Shown piece by piece: positions 18,383 through 26,868 of a stretch of DNA of 64,000 nucleotides (its first letter is position 1; every line of letters begins with the position of its first letter). A program made the position numbers and the translations under genes. The notes beneath the pieces are model-generated. The model was not told the DNA's origin. It made no database searches and saw only the letters and a list, made by a program, of their open reading frames with translations. The DNA is from a virus (taxonomy: Duplodnaviria; Caudoviricetes), in IMG/VR virus record IMGVR_UViG_3300028588_000015, positions 161,548-225,547 of that record, one strand, 5' to 3'.

Positions 18383-19201
18383 TTACTTCTTCTTCATGAC
18401 CTTGTCGAAATGCTCCACGGTCTGGTTGACGCAGGTGATGAAGACTTCTGCCTTGTAGTAAGCGATGGCGTAGAACTCCAGTTCGCTCGCTGCTTGGAAT
18501 GCTCCGTCGGCCAGGTTCAGGACGGTTTGATTAGCAACCTTTCCGACTTTGCCTTCCCGGGCCATCTTCAGGATGACTTCGAGGTGGGCGTTGCACTCGT
18601 TAACTTTCTTGAGCAGCACGCCGCGGTCAATGCGGTTGATAACGTCGGTGATGTCACGGCAACGCTGGAACACATCCTTCCAGTCCGCATTACGCTTGAC
18701 CACGTCGCCGAGGGCGGCTTCTGACTTGGTCGACCCCTTCTTGAAGCAGGCACCGAGTTCTTCGTTGATGCGCTTGCGTTCTTCTTCGAGCAGTTTGAAT
18801 TCCGACTCGAAGCTCTTGGTCGACAGGCCCGCTTCACGGTCCATCACGAGTTGAGCCAGGTAGGTACTGTAAGGCGCGAGCACGTCCATGATCTTACTGG
18901 CATGCTGGACTGCCTCGTACAGCACTTCGGCGTAGTCGATGTACGGCACATCCAGACCTTCGGGCACATACGCGGTTACTTGCGAGACGCCCATGTAGGT
19001 GTGGTTGTTCAGTTCCTTTTCGAAGTCTTTTTGTTTCGAGGTGAACTGGATCGTGTGCTGCTTGGGATTGAAGCGGGCAACGAAGTCGGTGAACGATTCG
19101 CTCAGGGCCGGCATCACGCTTTGGAAGTACGAAGTCACGTCACGCATCGAGAACGCTTCGAGGGCGACTCCTTGACGGAGGGTATGGAGTTTTTGGGGCA
19201 T
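18383..19201 (-). CDS. Virion (head) structural protein with probable N-terminal ALE protease site
   Basis: 272 aa, helical, strong codon bias; GVALE|AFS at residues 11-18. Confidence 0.55.
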   Translation of the reverse strand: MPQKLHTLRQGVALEAFSMRDVTSYFQSVMPALSESFTDFVARFNPKQHTIQFTSKQKDFEKELNNHTYMGVSQVTAYVPEGLDVPYIDYAEVLYEAVQHASKIMDVLAPYSTYLAQLVMDREAGLSTKSFESEFKLLEEERKRINEELGACFKKGSTKSEAALGDVVKRNADWKDVFQRCRDITDVINRIDRGVLLKKVNECNAHLEVILKMAREGKVGKVANQTVLNLADGAFQAASELEFYAIAYYKAEVFITCVNQTVEHFDKVMKKK

Positions 19202-19329
19202 GATAGCGATTCCGTGTGGGGGGAAGAGGCACCTTCTCTAGCGACTAAAGAAGAGTAAGAATAATTAACTACAGGACATAAAATAAAACGCAGACGACGA
19301 ATGATGTGTAGTGAAAGGAGTCAATTGCC

Positions 19330-19584
19330 ATGTTCACAGACGAAACGCGCTGTCACCCCAAGAGTGGCAACAAAAAATTCGAAGTTGTTCCGATCACTAG
19401 CATCGACGACGCTTATTTGTACACAAACAGGAATTTGGTCTCGATGCTAAAGAAAATCATCCATAATGAAACTGGAAAACCTATTGAGGTAGGCGGTTTT
19501 GTTGTGTCAGCACACAATCAGTCGGTGTATCCCTTCTATATCACCAAAGAACAAGCAGCGGAATACGTGCCCGTCCAACGCTAA
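19330..19584 (+). CDS. Small hypothetical protein
   Basis: AAAGGAG RBS; 84 aa. Confidence 0.65.
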   Translation: MFTDETRCHPKSGNKKFEVVPITSIDDAYLYTNRNLVSMLKKIIHNETGKPIEVGGFVVSAHNQSVYPFYITKEQAAEYVPVQR

Positions 19585-19599
19585 AACTAGGATGCTGCC

Positions 19600-19944
19600 A
19601 TGTCATCGTCGACCATCAAATACAGTCTGTACGGGATTGTCCAACGCATCGATAAGCCACATAGCCGTGAGCACCGCGGGATGCGCATCTTGACGCTGCA
19701 TTCCCCGGGAGAATACACCACCCAAGTGATGGTGAGCGAAAAGTTCGTCAACACCCATAAACTGGAAGTGGGCCAAGTGCTCTTAAAGCAACTCGATGGT
19801 TCGACCATCGTGGTGACTCAAGAAGAATTCGCCAAGGCGGTTTTCGTGCGCCAAGAAGTGCGGCCGATGGACGAGAGCGAAATTACCAATGAACTTCATA
19901 ACAACGCGCGGCGTTATCTGGACCGCAAGGTGAATCATGTCTAA
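19600..19944 (+). CDS. Small hypothetical protein
   Basis: AGGA RBS; 114 aa; overlaps the next gene. Confidence 0.65.
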   Translation: MSSSTIKYSLYGIVQRIDKPHSREHRGMRILTLHSPGEYTTQVMVSEKFVNTHKLEVGQVLLKQLDGSTIVVTQEEFAKAVFVRQEVRPMDESEITNELHNNARRYLDRKVNHV

Positions 19945-20227
19945 AAAGAAGATTTTGGAATCGTGGAGGATCGGCGGTATCTACTGGCCGAGGCAGGATG
20001 ACTTCGAAGGCTATATCGAACCGCACTATGACCACAATCCGGTGTTTGATGTAAAGAATGGCCGGGTACCTAATTTTGTGGTGAAAATCAGATTCCCAGT
20101 ATCGTTCTTTGCCAATCCCAAAATCAAAAGAATGAACTACCTCGTGCAATATACCGATAACACCTACGAGGTGTTTACGCCGCAAGAATACAAACAACTT
20201 AAGAAAGAAGGCAATCATGGGCTTTAA
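19937..20227 (+). CDS. Small hypothetical protein
   Basis: 96 aa; overlaps neighbours on both sides. Confidence 0.65.
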   Translation: MSKKKILESWRIGGIYWPRQDDFEGYIEPHYDHNPVFDVKNGRVPNFVVKIRFPVSFFANPKIKRMNYLVQYTDNTYEVFTPQEYKQLKKEGNHGL

Positions 20228-21707
20228 CTCTTCATTTACTCCGGCACCGGATGTCAAAGTCAAGATCAATATCGGTTGCGGCTGGGACATTCCGACGGGG
20301 CGTTTTGTTACTGGCGCCCGTAATGAATCCTTGCTCAACGGCGGTTTGGCAGCCACGACAGGATTCATCGGCACCGGCAATCTGTTCAAGTCCACCCAGA
20401 TGCACTATCAGGTGCTGACCGCACTGTCGCGCGTGCATGGCTCAGAAGGTGGTACTTACGACACCGAGGTCAGCGTCGAACACGAACGCATGGCCAACTT
20501 CTCGGTCAACAGTATTCGCGACTTCAACGGTGAAGACGTGATTAGTACCGGGCGCTGGCAAATCACCGACACCACGGTGTACAGTGGCAACAAATGGTGG
20601 GATCTGGAAAAAAGCGTTCTGCGGGACAAACCCAAAGAAAAGAACATCATGATCCGTACACCGTTCATGAATTACAACCGGACCGAATCCTTTAAGATGC
20701 TGCGGCCGACATTCCGTGAAGTCGACTCGCTATCGGCCTGGAAATCGGATCGTGTCGAGAAAGTGTACGAAGACACTGAGATTGGCGACAAAGAAGCCAA
20801 CATGGTGTACATGATGGGCGGCAACGACAAAACTCGTCTGGTGGAAGAACTGCCATCGATCACGGGCCGCTACAATCACTACATGTTGTTGTCGGCTCAC
20901 CTCGGACAAAAGTTCAACCTCGACCCGCGCGCGCCCGTGCGGTCACAGTTGCAACATATTCCGCGCGACTTCAAGATCAAAGGCGCCCCGGAAAAGTTCA
21001 CCTTCCACATGAATAACGCTTGGCTTTGCATCAGTGCCGACCTGATGCAACAGCAAGACAGCGAAAAGAAGGTCGAATACCCGCGCGATTCGAACGATGA
21101 TAACAAGAAGGAAACCGACCTGAACTTGATCTGGGTCGTCCAGACTCGTGGTAAAAACGGTCCTTCCGGCATGCCGCTCGGGATTGTGGTGTCACAAGAA
21201 GAAGGCATCCTGCCGTCCTTGTCCGAATTCCACATGTGCAAACTGAACGATCGGTTCGGTATCCATGGTTCGGCTAGCGCGGCGGACACCAAGAACTACT
21301 TCATGGAAATGGTGCCTGAATTCAAGTTGTCGCGCACCACTGTTCGTCGCAAAATCGATTCCGATCACCGGCTGCGCCAAGCTATTCTCTTCACATCACA
21401 GATGTGCCAGATCAGCCAACTCTGGCACGATGACATCACGAAGATGTTGATGTGCACGCCGGGTGAACTGGCGATGGACCTACATAAGAAGGGTTACAAC
21501 TGGGAAGTGCTGCTTGATACCCGTGGTTGGGTTGGGCTCGATATGGACGCCGAGTACGATCGCCATTACCTGTCGACGATGGACCTGCTGCGCATGCGTC
21601 TGCCACACGACCACAAACTGGCCTATCACCCGTACTGGATGGCGCCGCGCAATGCCGATGGCTCGGTCACGACGAACGAGATCATCGAAGTCAAGAAACT
21701 GCCGTAA
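20217..21707 (+). CDS. uvsX: UvsX/RecA-like recombinase (phiKZ gp152-like)
   Basis: P-loop GFIGTGNLFKST, Walker B-like REVDSLS, RecA-fold motif order; adjacent to RNase H as in phiKZ-like genomes. Confidence 0.8.
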   Translation: MGFNSSFTPAPDVKVKINIGCGWDIPTGRFVTGARNESLLNGGLAATTGFIGTGNLFKSTQMHYQVLTALSRVHGSEGGTYDTEVSVEHERMANFSVNSIRDFNGEDVISTGRWQITDTTVYSGNKWWDLEKSVLRDKPKEKNIMIRTPFMNYNRTESFKMLRPTFREVDSLSAWKSDRVEKVYEDTEIGDKEANMVYMMGGNDKTRLVEELPSITGRYNHYMLLSAHLGQKFNLDPRAPVRSQLQHIPRDFKIKGAPEKFTFHMNNAWLCISADLMQQQDSEKKVEYPRDSNDDNKKETDLNLIWVVQTRGKNGPSGMPLGIVVSQEEGILPSLSEFHMCKLNDRFGIHGSASAADTKNYFMEMVPEFKLSRTTVRRKIDSDHRLRQAILFTSQMCQISQLWHDDITKMLMCTPGELAMDLHKKGYNWEVLLDTRGWVGLDMDAEYDRHYLSTMDLLRMRLPHDHKLAYHPYWMAPRNADGSVTTNEIIEVKKLP

Positions 21708-21799
21708 ACCACAATTCAAAATGGATGGATACGTCTGTATCCATCCATAGTGTGCATCTATTGCTCACTGTTAACTTATTCAACTAGGAACCTGAAACC

Positions 21800-22150
21800 A
21801 TGACCACTGCAACTGCACAGAAAAGCGAGGCTTACGTCGAGTCCGCCAATGCCGAAGAAGTTTTCGACAAAGTGACCCAACTGCTGACCGACGCCAATCA
21901 CCCGAACCCATCCGCCTGGGTGAACGACCTCGTCAAAACCATGGGCGAACAAGTCAAGCAAGAACAGGCACCGGTGGCGCGCGTCGCCGTGAACAGCTAC
22001 TGGGCGCACAAGCTCGGCATGCTGGGCATCAACAAGCGCATCGACACCGCCAACGAGCGCTTCTGTCTCGAAGACCGCTGCTCGGAAAAGGAATGGCACG
22101 AACTGATGAAGAAGATCGTGACACCGACGATCGCCGCGCACGCCCTGTGA
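21800..22150 (+). CDS. Hypothetical protein with highly biased codon usage
   Basis: AGGAA RBS; 116 aa; followed by a terminator. Confidence 0.7.
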   Translation: MTTATAQKSEAYVESANAEEVFDKVTQLLTDANHPNPSAWVNDLVKTMGEQVKQEQAPVARVAVNSYWAHKLGMLGINKRIDTANERFCLEDRCSEKEWHELMKKIVTPTIAAHAL

Positions 22151-22156
22151 GGCGTT

Positions 22157-22215
22157 ACTCCCATGTAGCCGTTACCGTGAGGTAGCCCCTACATGGGAGT
22201 CTTTCTTTTATGCCG
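22157..22215 (+). terminator. Terminator hairpin plus T tract plus TATGCCG upstream of vRNAP beta-C
   Basis: ACTCCCATGTAG...CTACATGGGAGT then CTTTCTTTTATGCCG. Confidence 0.7.
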
Positions 22216-22302
22216 CAGCCAGCCAATTCATCTTATGGTTTTTTGGAGGGAGCGACAATGCTCATTTCCATTACATGCATGAATTATCCAAAGGAAAATA
22301 AG

Positions 22303-22992
22303 ATGGCTGGTAACCGCAAGAAAGCCGAGCAGGAATTGCTCGAAGGAATAGAAAGTATACTCCCCGGCTCCGATAACGTTCGTATTTACAAAGAACTGTT
22401 TGCCGGTATGAATGACAAGCAGTTTGAAGACTTCATGAAAGGGCTGGAAGACGGCAGCATCATTCCCGCCATCATCGTACCGAATCGGGTCAAGCCTGAT
22501 CCCAAAGTGCCGCGTTTGAGTACCAAACGTAATTTGGCACTGGCCAAGAAATGGGGACACAACTTCTTCGAAAAGATTTGGTTCAACCATGGAGACGACC
22601 GGCCGCCGTACCTGTCAAACGAAACCTATCTGATCGTGGACTTACCGCTGCGCCGACAAGCGCAGTTGCTGACGAAAAAGATTTCGATCCCCGAAGACAA
22701 CAAGTCGGTCGACGATTTCACCGGTCAAGCCACGGGTAAATCCAAAGGCAGTCGTCTGTCGTATCCGGAGATTCAATTGCTGGCGGCTTGGGGCTTGGAT
22801 AACTCCATTCTCGAACTCATCAAGATGCGAGGCGGTGATGTTGGTATGTTCAATGCCTCCAACGCCATGGCGAGCCGCACGGGCACCGTGAGCCAGAAAG
22901 TGGTGGAACCTTTCGGTGGTACTGTCAAGTCAACCCAGATGCTGCACACGCTATTTACTTGCATGCACTACAAGAGCACCTTGCTAAAGTAA
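22303..22992 (+). CDS. rpoB: Virion RNA polymerase beta subunit, C-terminal fragment (phiKZ gp149-like)
   Basis: RQAQLLTKKIS...FTGQATGKSKGSRLSYPEIQLLAAWG..ILELIKMRGGD aligns by eye with the bacterial beta C-terminus (TQQP..G..FGEME..L.A.G...L.E....KSDD). Start at 22303 after AAGGA. Confidence 0.8.
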   Translation: MAGNRKKAEQELLEGIESILPGSDNVRIYKELFAGMNDKQFEDFMKGLEDGSIIPAIIVPNRVKPDPKVPRLSTKRNLALAKKWGHNFFEKIWFNHGDDRPPYLSNETYLIVDLPLRRQAQLLTKKISIPEDNKSVDDFTGQATGKSKGSRLSYPEIQLLAAWGLDNSILELIKMRGGDVGMFNASNAMASRTGTVSQKVVEPFGGTVKSTQMLHTLFTCMHYKSTLLK

Positions 22993-23004
22993 AGAAAGAA
23001 GAAC

Positions 23005-23514
23005 ATGAACAAACACAATTTCACACCCAACGAGATGGAAGGCATCGGCGAAGTGTTGCGCAATGCATACCTCGCTGCATTTCTGAATCTGGGAGAAGAG
23101 AGGCAAGTAGACGTAACGCAATTTTGGCGAGAACACCTAATGACCGCCAAGCCTTACCTGATGGTAACGGAAAAAGGTGTGGTAGAAGCTTCCCGAAGAA
23201 TCTTCTCGAATGAAACCTTGTTGGACTTCATGTTGCAGTTCACCAACAATTTCTTCATGCTCTGGGGGGCAGATCACAATACCCGCGTTGCATTTGTCGA
23301 CCACGTATCCGTTGGTCTTTGCAATGAGATGGGTATCGCTACCGGCAAGGTGAGCAGCTACACTGCCGCGCACAAGGATGTGTATCAGCGCATGGCCACC
23401 GTCGATGACGTAAAGAATGTGCTGTCACGCAACACGTGGCTGTTGGTATTGGTCATCTCACCGACTTACTTGTCGTTCCGAGAATACGACCAAGAAAAGG
23501 GTAAGAAGAAATGA
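23005..23514 (+). CDS. Conserved hypothetical protein
   Basis: 169-aa ORF in the operon after beta-C. Confidence 0.65.
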   Translation: MNKHNFTPNEMEGIGEVLRNAYLAAFLNLGEERQVDVTQFWREHLMTAKPYLMVTEKGVVEASRRIFSNETLLDFMLQFTNNFFMLWGADHNTRVAFVDHVSVGLCNEMGIATGKVSSYTAAHKDVYQRMATVDDVKNVLSRNTWLLVLVISPTYLSFREYDQEKGKKK

Positions 23515-24227
23515 AAGCGCTGGAAGGGCAGGCCGATATCTACATCAGTCTCGACGAACTGCTCGATACCCGTCGGGGCACCTTGGAACTGATGGACCCG
23601 GCGCTCAACGAACAGATCGACGAAGAGGCGTACCAGAAACGCGCCTCGGATGTGTTTCCTGGTGTAAACCGAACAGACTTTCGAGAACGCTACAAGAATC
23701 GCGACGGCGACACGCTGATGGTCAGTGTCATGACCAATGCGATCAAATTGCTGCGCAAACTCGTGGCTACGGCTGCCGAGCAAATGGACTCCCGGCCGTA
23801 CTACAGCCAATGCTCGATCGTCGTGAACTGCCACCCGTACAACCTGCATCAGGCTGTGGTTGACGCTCTGCACCAAGCTCTGCAAGTGCGCATCGGGGTG
23901 GACCTCCCGATCAAGATGGTCAACTGGCCCATCTCGGTCCTCACGCCGGAGAAATGTAAAAAAGAGTTTGGTATCCTCATTATGTACAACCCGGAAGAGT
24001 GGTTTAATACGCACATGCCGGCGTTGGAACGTAACCCGATGCCAGAAGTCATCATGTTGGCCCCGATGATCCATCACGTGCTGGAACCAAATGACAAAGA
24101 ATTGGGGCAACTCAAAGCGGCAGGTGCTGCCCCGTTCTTAGCGTTCGAAATGATGGCGCGGCCGTTGGTGTCACTTGACATGATTGAAGTGGAATTCTTT
24201 TCCATTTTAAATGCAAACGGCATATAG
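23511..24227 (+). CDS. Conserved hypothetical protein
   Basis: 238 aa; ATGA overlap with the upstream gene; N-terminal IYISLDELLDTR motif. Confidence 0.65.
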   Translation: MKALEGQADIYISLDELLDTRRGTLELMDPALNEQIDEEAYQKRASDVFPGVNRTDFRERYKNRDGDTLMVSVMTNAIKLLRKLVATAAEQMDSRPYYSQCSIVVNCHPYNLHQAVVDALHQALQVRIGVDLPIKMVNWPISVLTPEKCKKEFGILIMYNPEEWFNTHMPALERNPMPEVIMLAPMIHHVLEPNDKELGQLKAAGAAPFLAFEMMARPLVSLDMIEVEFFSILNANGI

Positions 24228-24255
24228 CCTAGTGGGGCATTTTGCCCCACTAGGC
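24227..24255. terminator. Hairpin between convergent genes with adjacent CGGCATA (24218-24224)
   Basis: GCCTAGTGGGGCA-TTT-TGCCCCACTAGGC perfect 13-bp stem. Confidence 0.75.
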
Positions 24256-24256
24256 C

Positions 24257-24718
24257 TTATTCTGCTGCACTGGGTAGTGGCGTGGTGACAACCGTATTTT
24301 GCGTGAATTCTTGGTAAGACAATTGACGCGGATTGACCGACGTTTCGCCGTCAACGAGGTTGATACCTACTAAGTGATCCGGCACGGTGGGAATCATACC
24401 CACACCGGCGCCAGTGGGTCGCTCGTTCACGTCAACCAGGTAAGGGTTCTTTTGACCGCTGACACTTTGCAGCACGTGGGCGAGCAAACGTGCCACTTGC
24501 TCTTGGCCAGCACTGGCGCGGTCGTCCGCTTTGATGCGCATGCGACCTAGGGCAACTTTGTCGTTGCCATCCAGTGCTTTCAGGATGAGAGCTTTGTCTT
24601 TTGGATCTTCAGGGAGTTTGCCGTCTGGCATCAACAGTTGGATAAATGATTTTCGTTGGTCGACACTTTCGTCCAACAAGATTTCATCCACCGTCTTGGC
24701 GTCATTTTCGGGTAACAT
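24257..24718 (-). CDS. Hypothetical protein
   Basis: Likely start MLPENDAK at 24718 after AAGGA (track starts at 24763). Confidence 0.65.
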   Translation of the reverse strand: MLPENDAKTVDEILLDESVDQRKSFIQLLMPDGKLPEDPKDKALILKALDGNDKVALGRMRIKADDRASAGQEQVARLLAHVLQSVSGQKNPYLVDVNERPTGAGVGMIPTVPDHLVGINLVDGETSVNPRQLSYQEFTQNTVVTTPLPSAAE

Positions 24719-24846
24719 GGTGTATTCCTTAGAGAGTATATCGATGCTTTGATACCGAACCACTTCCAGAATAGTTCAGTCACATATCATCAATTTGAAA
24801 TATCATACAAGATATTCAAAACTAACTTTAAGAAGGAGTCAAAGAA

Positions 24847-25203
24847 ATGGCAAAATCGAAAGAGCAAAAACGCCGCGAAGCAATTGAGCGTGCAAGGAAG
24901 AACGTGGTGGATGTATTGATCCCCCGATATACTGAGGCGTCCACAACCGTTAATCCGGGCAGCACGTTCCCTCTGCCGCTCTTTAATAGAGCACTGGTGT
25001 ATGGCGCCTACGCTGCGCACTGTGACCGCCATGGCAACCCGCTCGACTGGCAGTACTACGAAAAGGCGACTCGGGCAACCGGACAGAACCCTGACCCACT
25101 GTACCTGGCCACCACGCACCAGTTGCTCGCGCCGGAAATACTCAAGGGTATTTATCATCGCGAAGAACTGCGCTCGTTGTACGACGTAGCGTTTGGCGTG
25201 TAA
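24847..25203 (+). CDS. Hypothetical protein
   Basis: AAGGAG RBS; 118 aa. Confidence 0.65.
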   Translation: MAKSKEQKRREAIERARKNVVDVLIPRYTEASTTVNPGSTFPLPLFNRALVYGAYAAHCDRHGNPLDWQYYEKATRATGQNPDPLYLATTHQLLAPEILKGIYHREELRSLYDVAFGV

Positions 25204-25208
25204 ACACC

Positions 25209-25736
25209 ATGTGGGTGAAATACAAGATGAGACTGACCAAGTGGTTTCTACGGGGACGTTTTAACCGCACTAAAAAGCAGATCGAAAACCAGCGCGAGTT
25301 GATGAACGAGCGTGGTCGCTGCACGGTAATGCTGAACGAAATTACAACGGCGCAGTTCGCCTTGTACCACGTCAGTAGCGGCAATGCGTACACCGTCAAA
25401 GTACCCGAACGCAGTATCGACGGCTACATCGAACGGCTGCGTAAAGCCCGCACTACCGTGCACCTGGACCGCATTTTAAATGCGAATGACTTCAATTGGG
25501 ACGCAGTAACGGTCACCGTTGACGAATTCTTTATTTCATCTGACGGCTATTATCAAGACGTCGAAAAAGCAGTAGAACGGCTGAAGAAGGCAGCCCTTGA
25601 TTTATGTGCTGAAAGCGAAAAAACCGATGACGCTGAATATGGTATCCACGAACATAACCGGCGCCTCTTAACGAAGCTGTTTATCAATCTTCAAGAACTG
25701 TCCGAAGCATTGATCGACGTAAGCCTTACGAATTAG
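25209..25736 (+). CDS. Hypothetical protein
   Basis: 175 aa; basic aromatic N-terminus. Confidence 0.65.
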   Translation: MWVKYKMRLTKWFLRGRFNRTKKQIENQRELMNERGRCTVMLNEITTAQFALYHVSSGNAYTVKVPERSIDGYIERLRKARTTVHLDRILNANDFNWDAVTVTVDEFFISSDGYYQDVEKAVERLKKAALDLCAESEKTDDAEYGIHEHNRRLLTKLFINLQELSEALIDVSLTN

Positions 25737-25772
25737 CCAATTCACTGGATTGGTCAAAGAAAGGATTAAGAA

Positions 25773-26234
25773 ATGAGAAAGAACAAGTCAAACCCTATAC
25801 AGCAATTGCTGATACGCCAAGGGAAAGGAAAATCCGAACCCTCCGGAGTAAAGGGACAGTTGGCCGCGCTTTACCGCTCGATCCTCGACGACATCAGTAT
25901 GAATACGATGTGGTGGGAAAACCTCATGAACGAATTCTTGTCGGATTACGCCAAAGGGGTGACTGCCAGTCGCAAGAAGATCACCAGCATGCGCGGTAAC
26001 CTCATAAAGGAACTGGGGAAAGACGAAATGACCTGGAAGGTGTTTTACAAAGGTCTGCGTTATCTCCAACCCATCCGTGCTGAATTTTCTGTGCGCATTC
26101 ACTGGCGCAGCAAACGCATTACCGAACATACCAAAATGCTCGAATTCGGCGATCGTGCCAACTTGGCCGAACTCCTTGACGAACTTAAGGAAACCGACGA
26201 AGACGAAAAAGACGATAAGGAAGACAAAGAATGA
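25773..26234 (+). CDS. Hypothetical protein with acidic C-terminal tail
   Basis: AAGGA RBS; 153 aa. Confidence 0.65.
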   Translation: MRKNKSNPIQQLLIRQGKGKSEPSGVKGQLAALYRSILDDISMNTMWWENLMNEFLSDYAKGVTASRKKITSMRGNLIKELGKDEMTWKVFYKGLRYLQPIRAEFSVRIHWRSKRITEHTKMLEFGDRANLAELLDELKETDEDEKDDKEDKE

Positions 26235-26800
26235 TGACCAGTAATAAAAAGACCACGCCCGACGTGACTCACTACCCCTCCGTGGCACCTGTACCAGCCA
26301 TCGTCCCCGAAAAAGACAACATCACCCACATCAACATCTATAAATACAGCGCCTCTGAGTTGGGTAAACTCTTGGCACCGGTGACGCACATGCCCTTCGT
26401 CCATCCGACACTCGGTTCGTTCCAGAACCTACAAGGTTTCTGGGAATGGATCAGATCCAAAGACAGGCCGGATGCGCTGCGCTTTGCGTCAGGCAGCCGG
26501 GCAATCGGTATCGGCCGCAGTCTTGTGAAGATTCGGGTGGACGATTTCGAAGCAATCTTTCTGGAGGCCAGCTTCTGCCGGATCGACCAGAACCAAAAGC
26601 TGCGCGAACTCTTCTTGCGTTCTACGCTACCCTTCGACATGTATTTTCTCATGGACCCCAATAACCCCGAGTCGCTGGCTCAGCGACCGGGGTCACGCGA
26701 TATCGTCGTGGACACCTTCACGAAATTGCGTACCATGATGTCATTCGATGAAATGCCGCCGGGTTTTGGAAACTACCGCCGCCCCCTGAGTTCGCGCTAA
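26231..26800 (+). CDS. NADAR-like (T4 gp30.3-type) protein
   Basis: INIY..S.LG.LL....PF.HP..G.F..L.GFW, SG..A...GR and F.......QN..LR.L motifs resemble gp30.3/NADAR by eye. Confidence 0.45.
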   Translation: MMTSNKKTTPDVTHYPSVAPVPAIVPEKDNITHINIYKYSASELGKLLAPVTHMPFVHPTLGSFQNLQGFWEWIRSKDRPDALRFASGSRAIGIGRSLVKIRVDDFEAIFLEASFCRIDQNQKLRELFLRSTLPFDMYFLMDPNNPESLAQRPGSRDIVVDTFTKLRTMMSFDEMPPGFGNYRRPLSSR

Positions 26801-26821
26801 GCGAACTTGCACCACTTCAAG

Positions 26822-26845
26822 AGAGGGCTTTGGCCCTCTTTTTTT
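26822..26845 (+). terminator. Intrinsic terminator
   Basis: AGAGGGC-TTTG-GCCCTCT followed by a T run. Confidence 0.75.
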
Positions 26846-26868
26846 CTTTGTTTTAAGGATACCCCACG

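Noticed and set aside
22210-22302. N-terminal extension of vRNAP beta-C from ATG 22210
   Set aside because: That ATG is part of the TATGCCG motif and has no RBS; ATG 22303 has AAGGA and starts the plausible protein.
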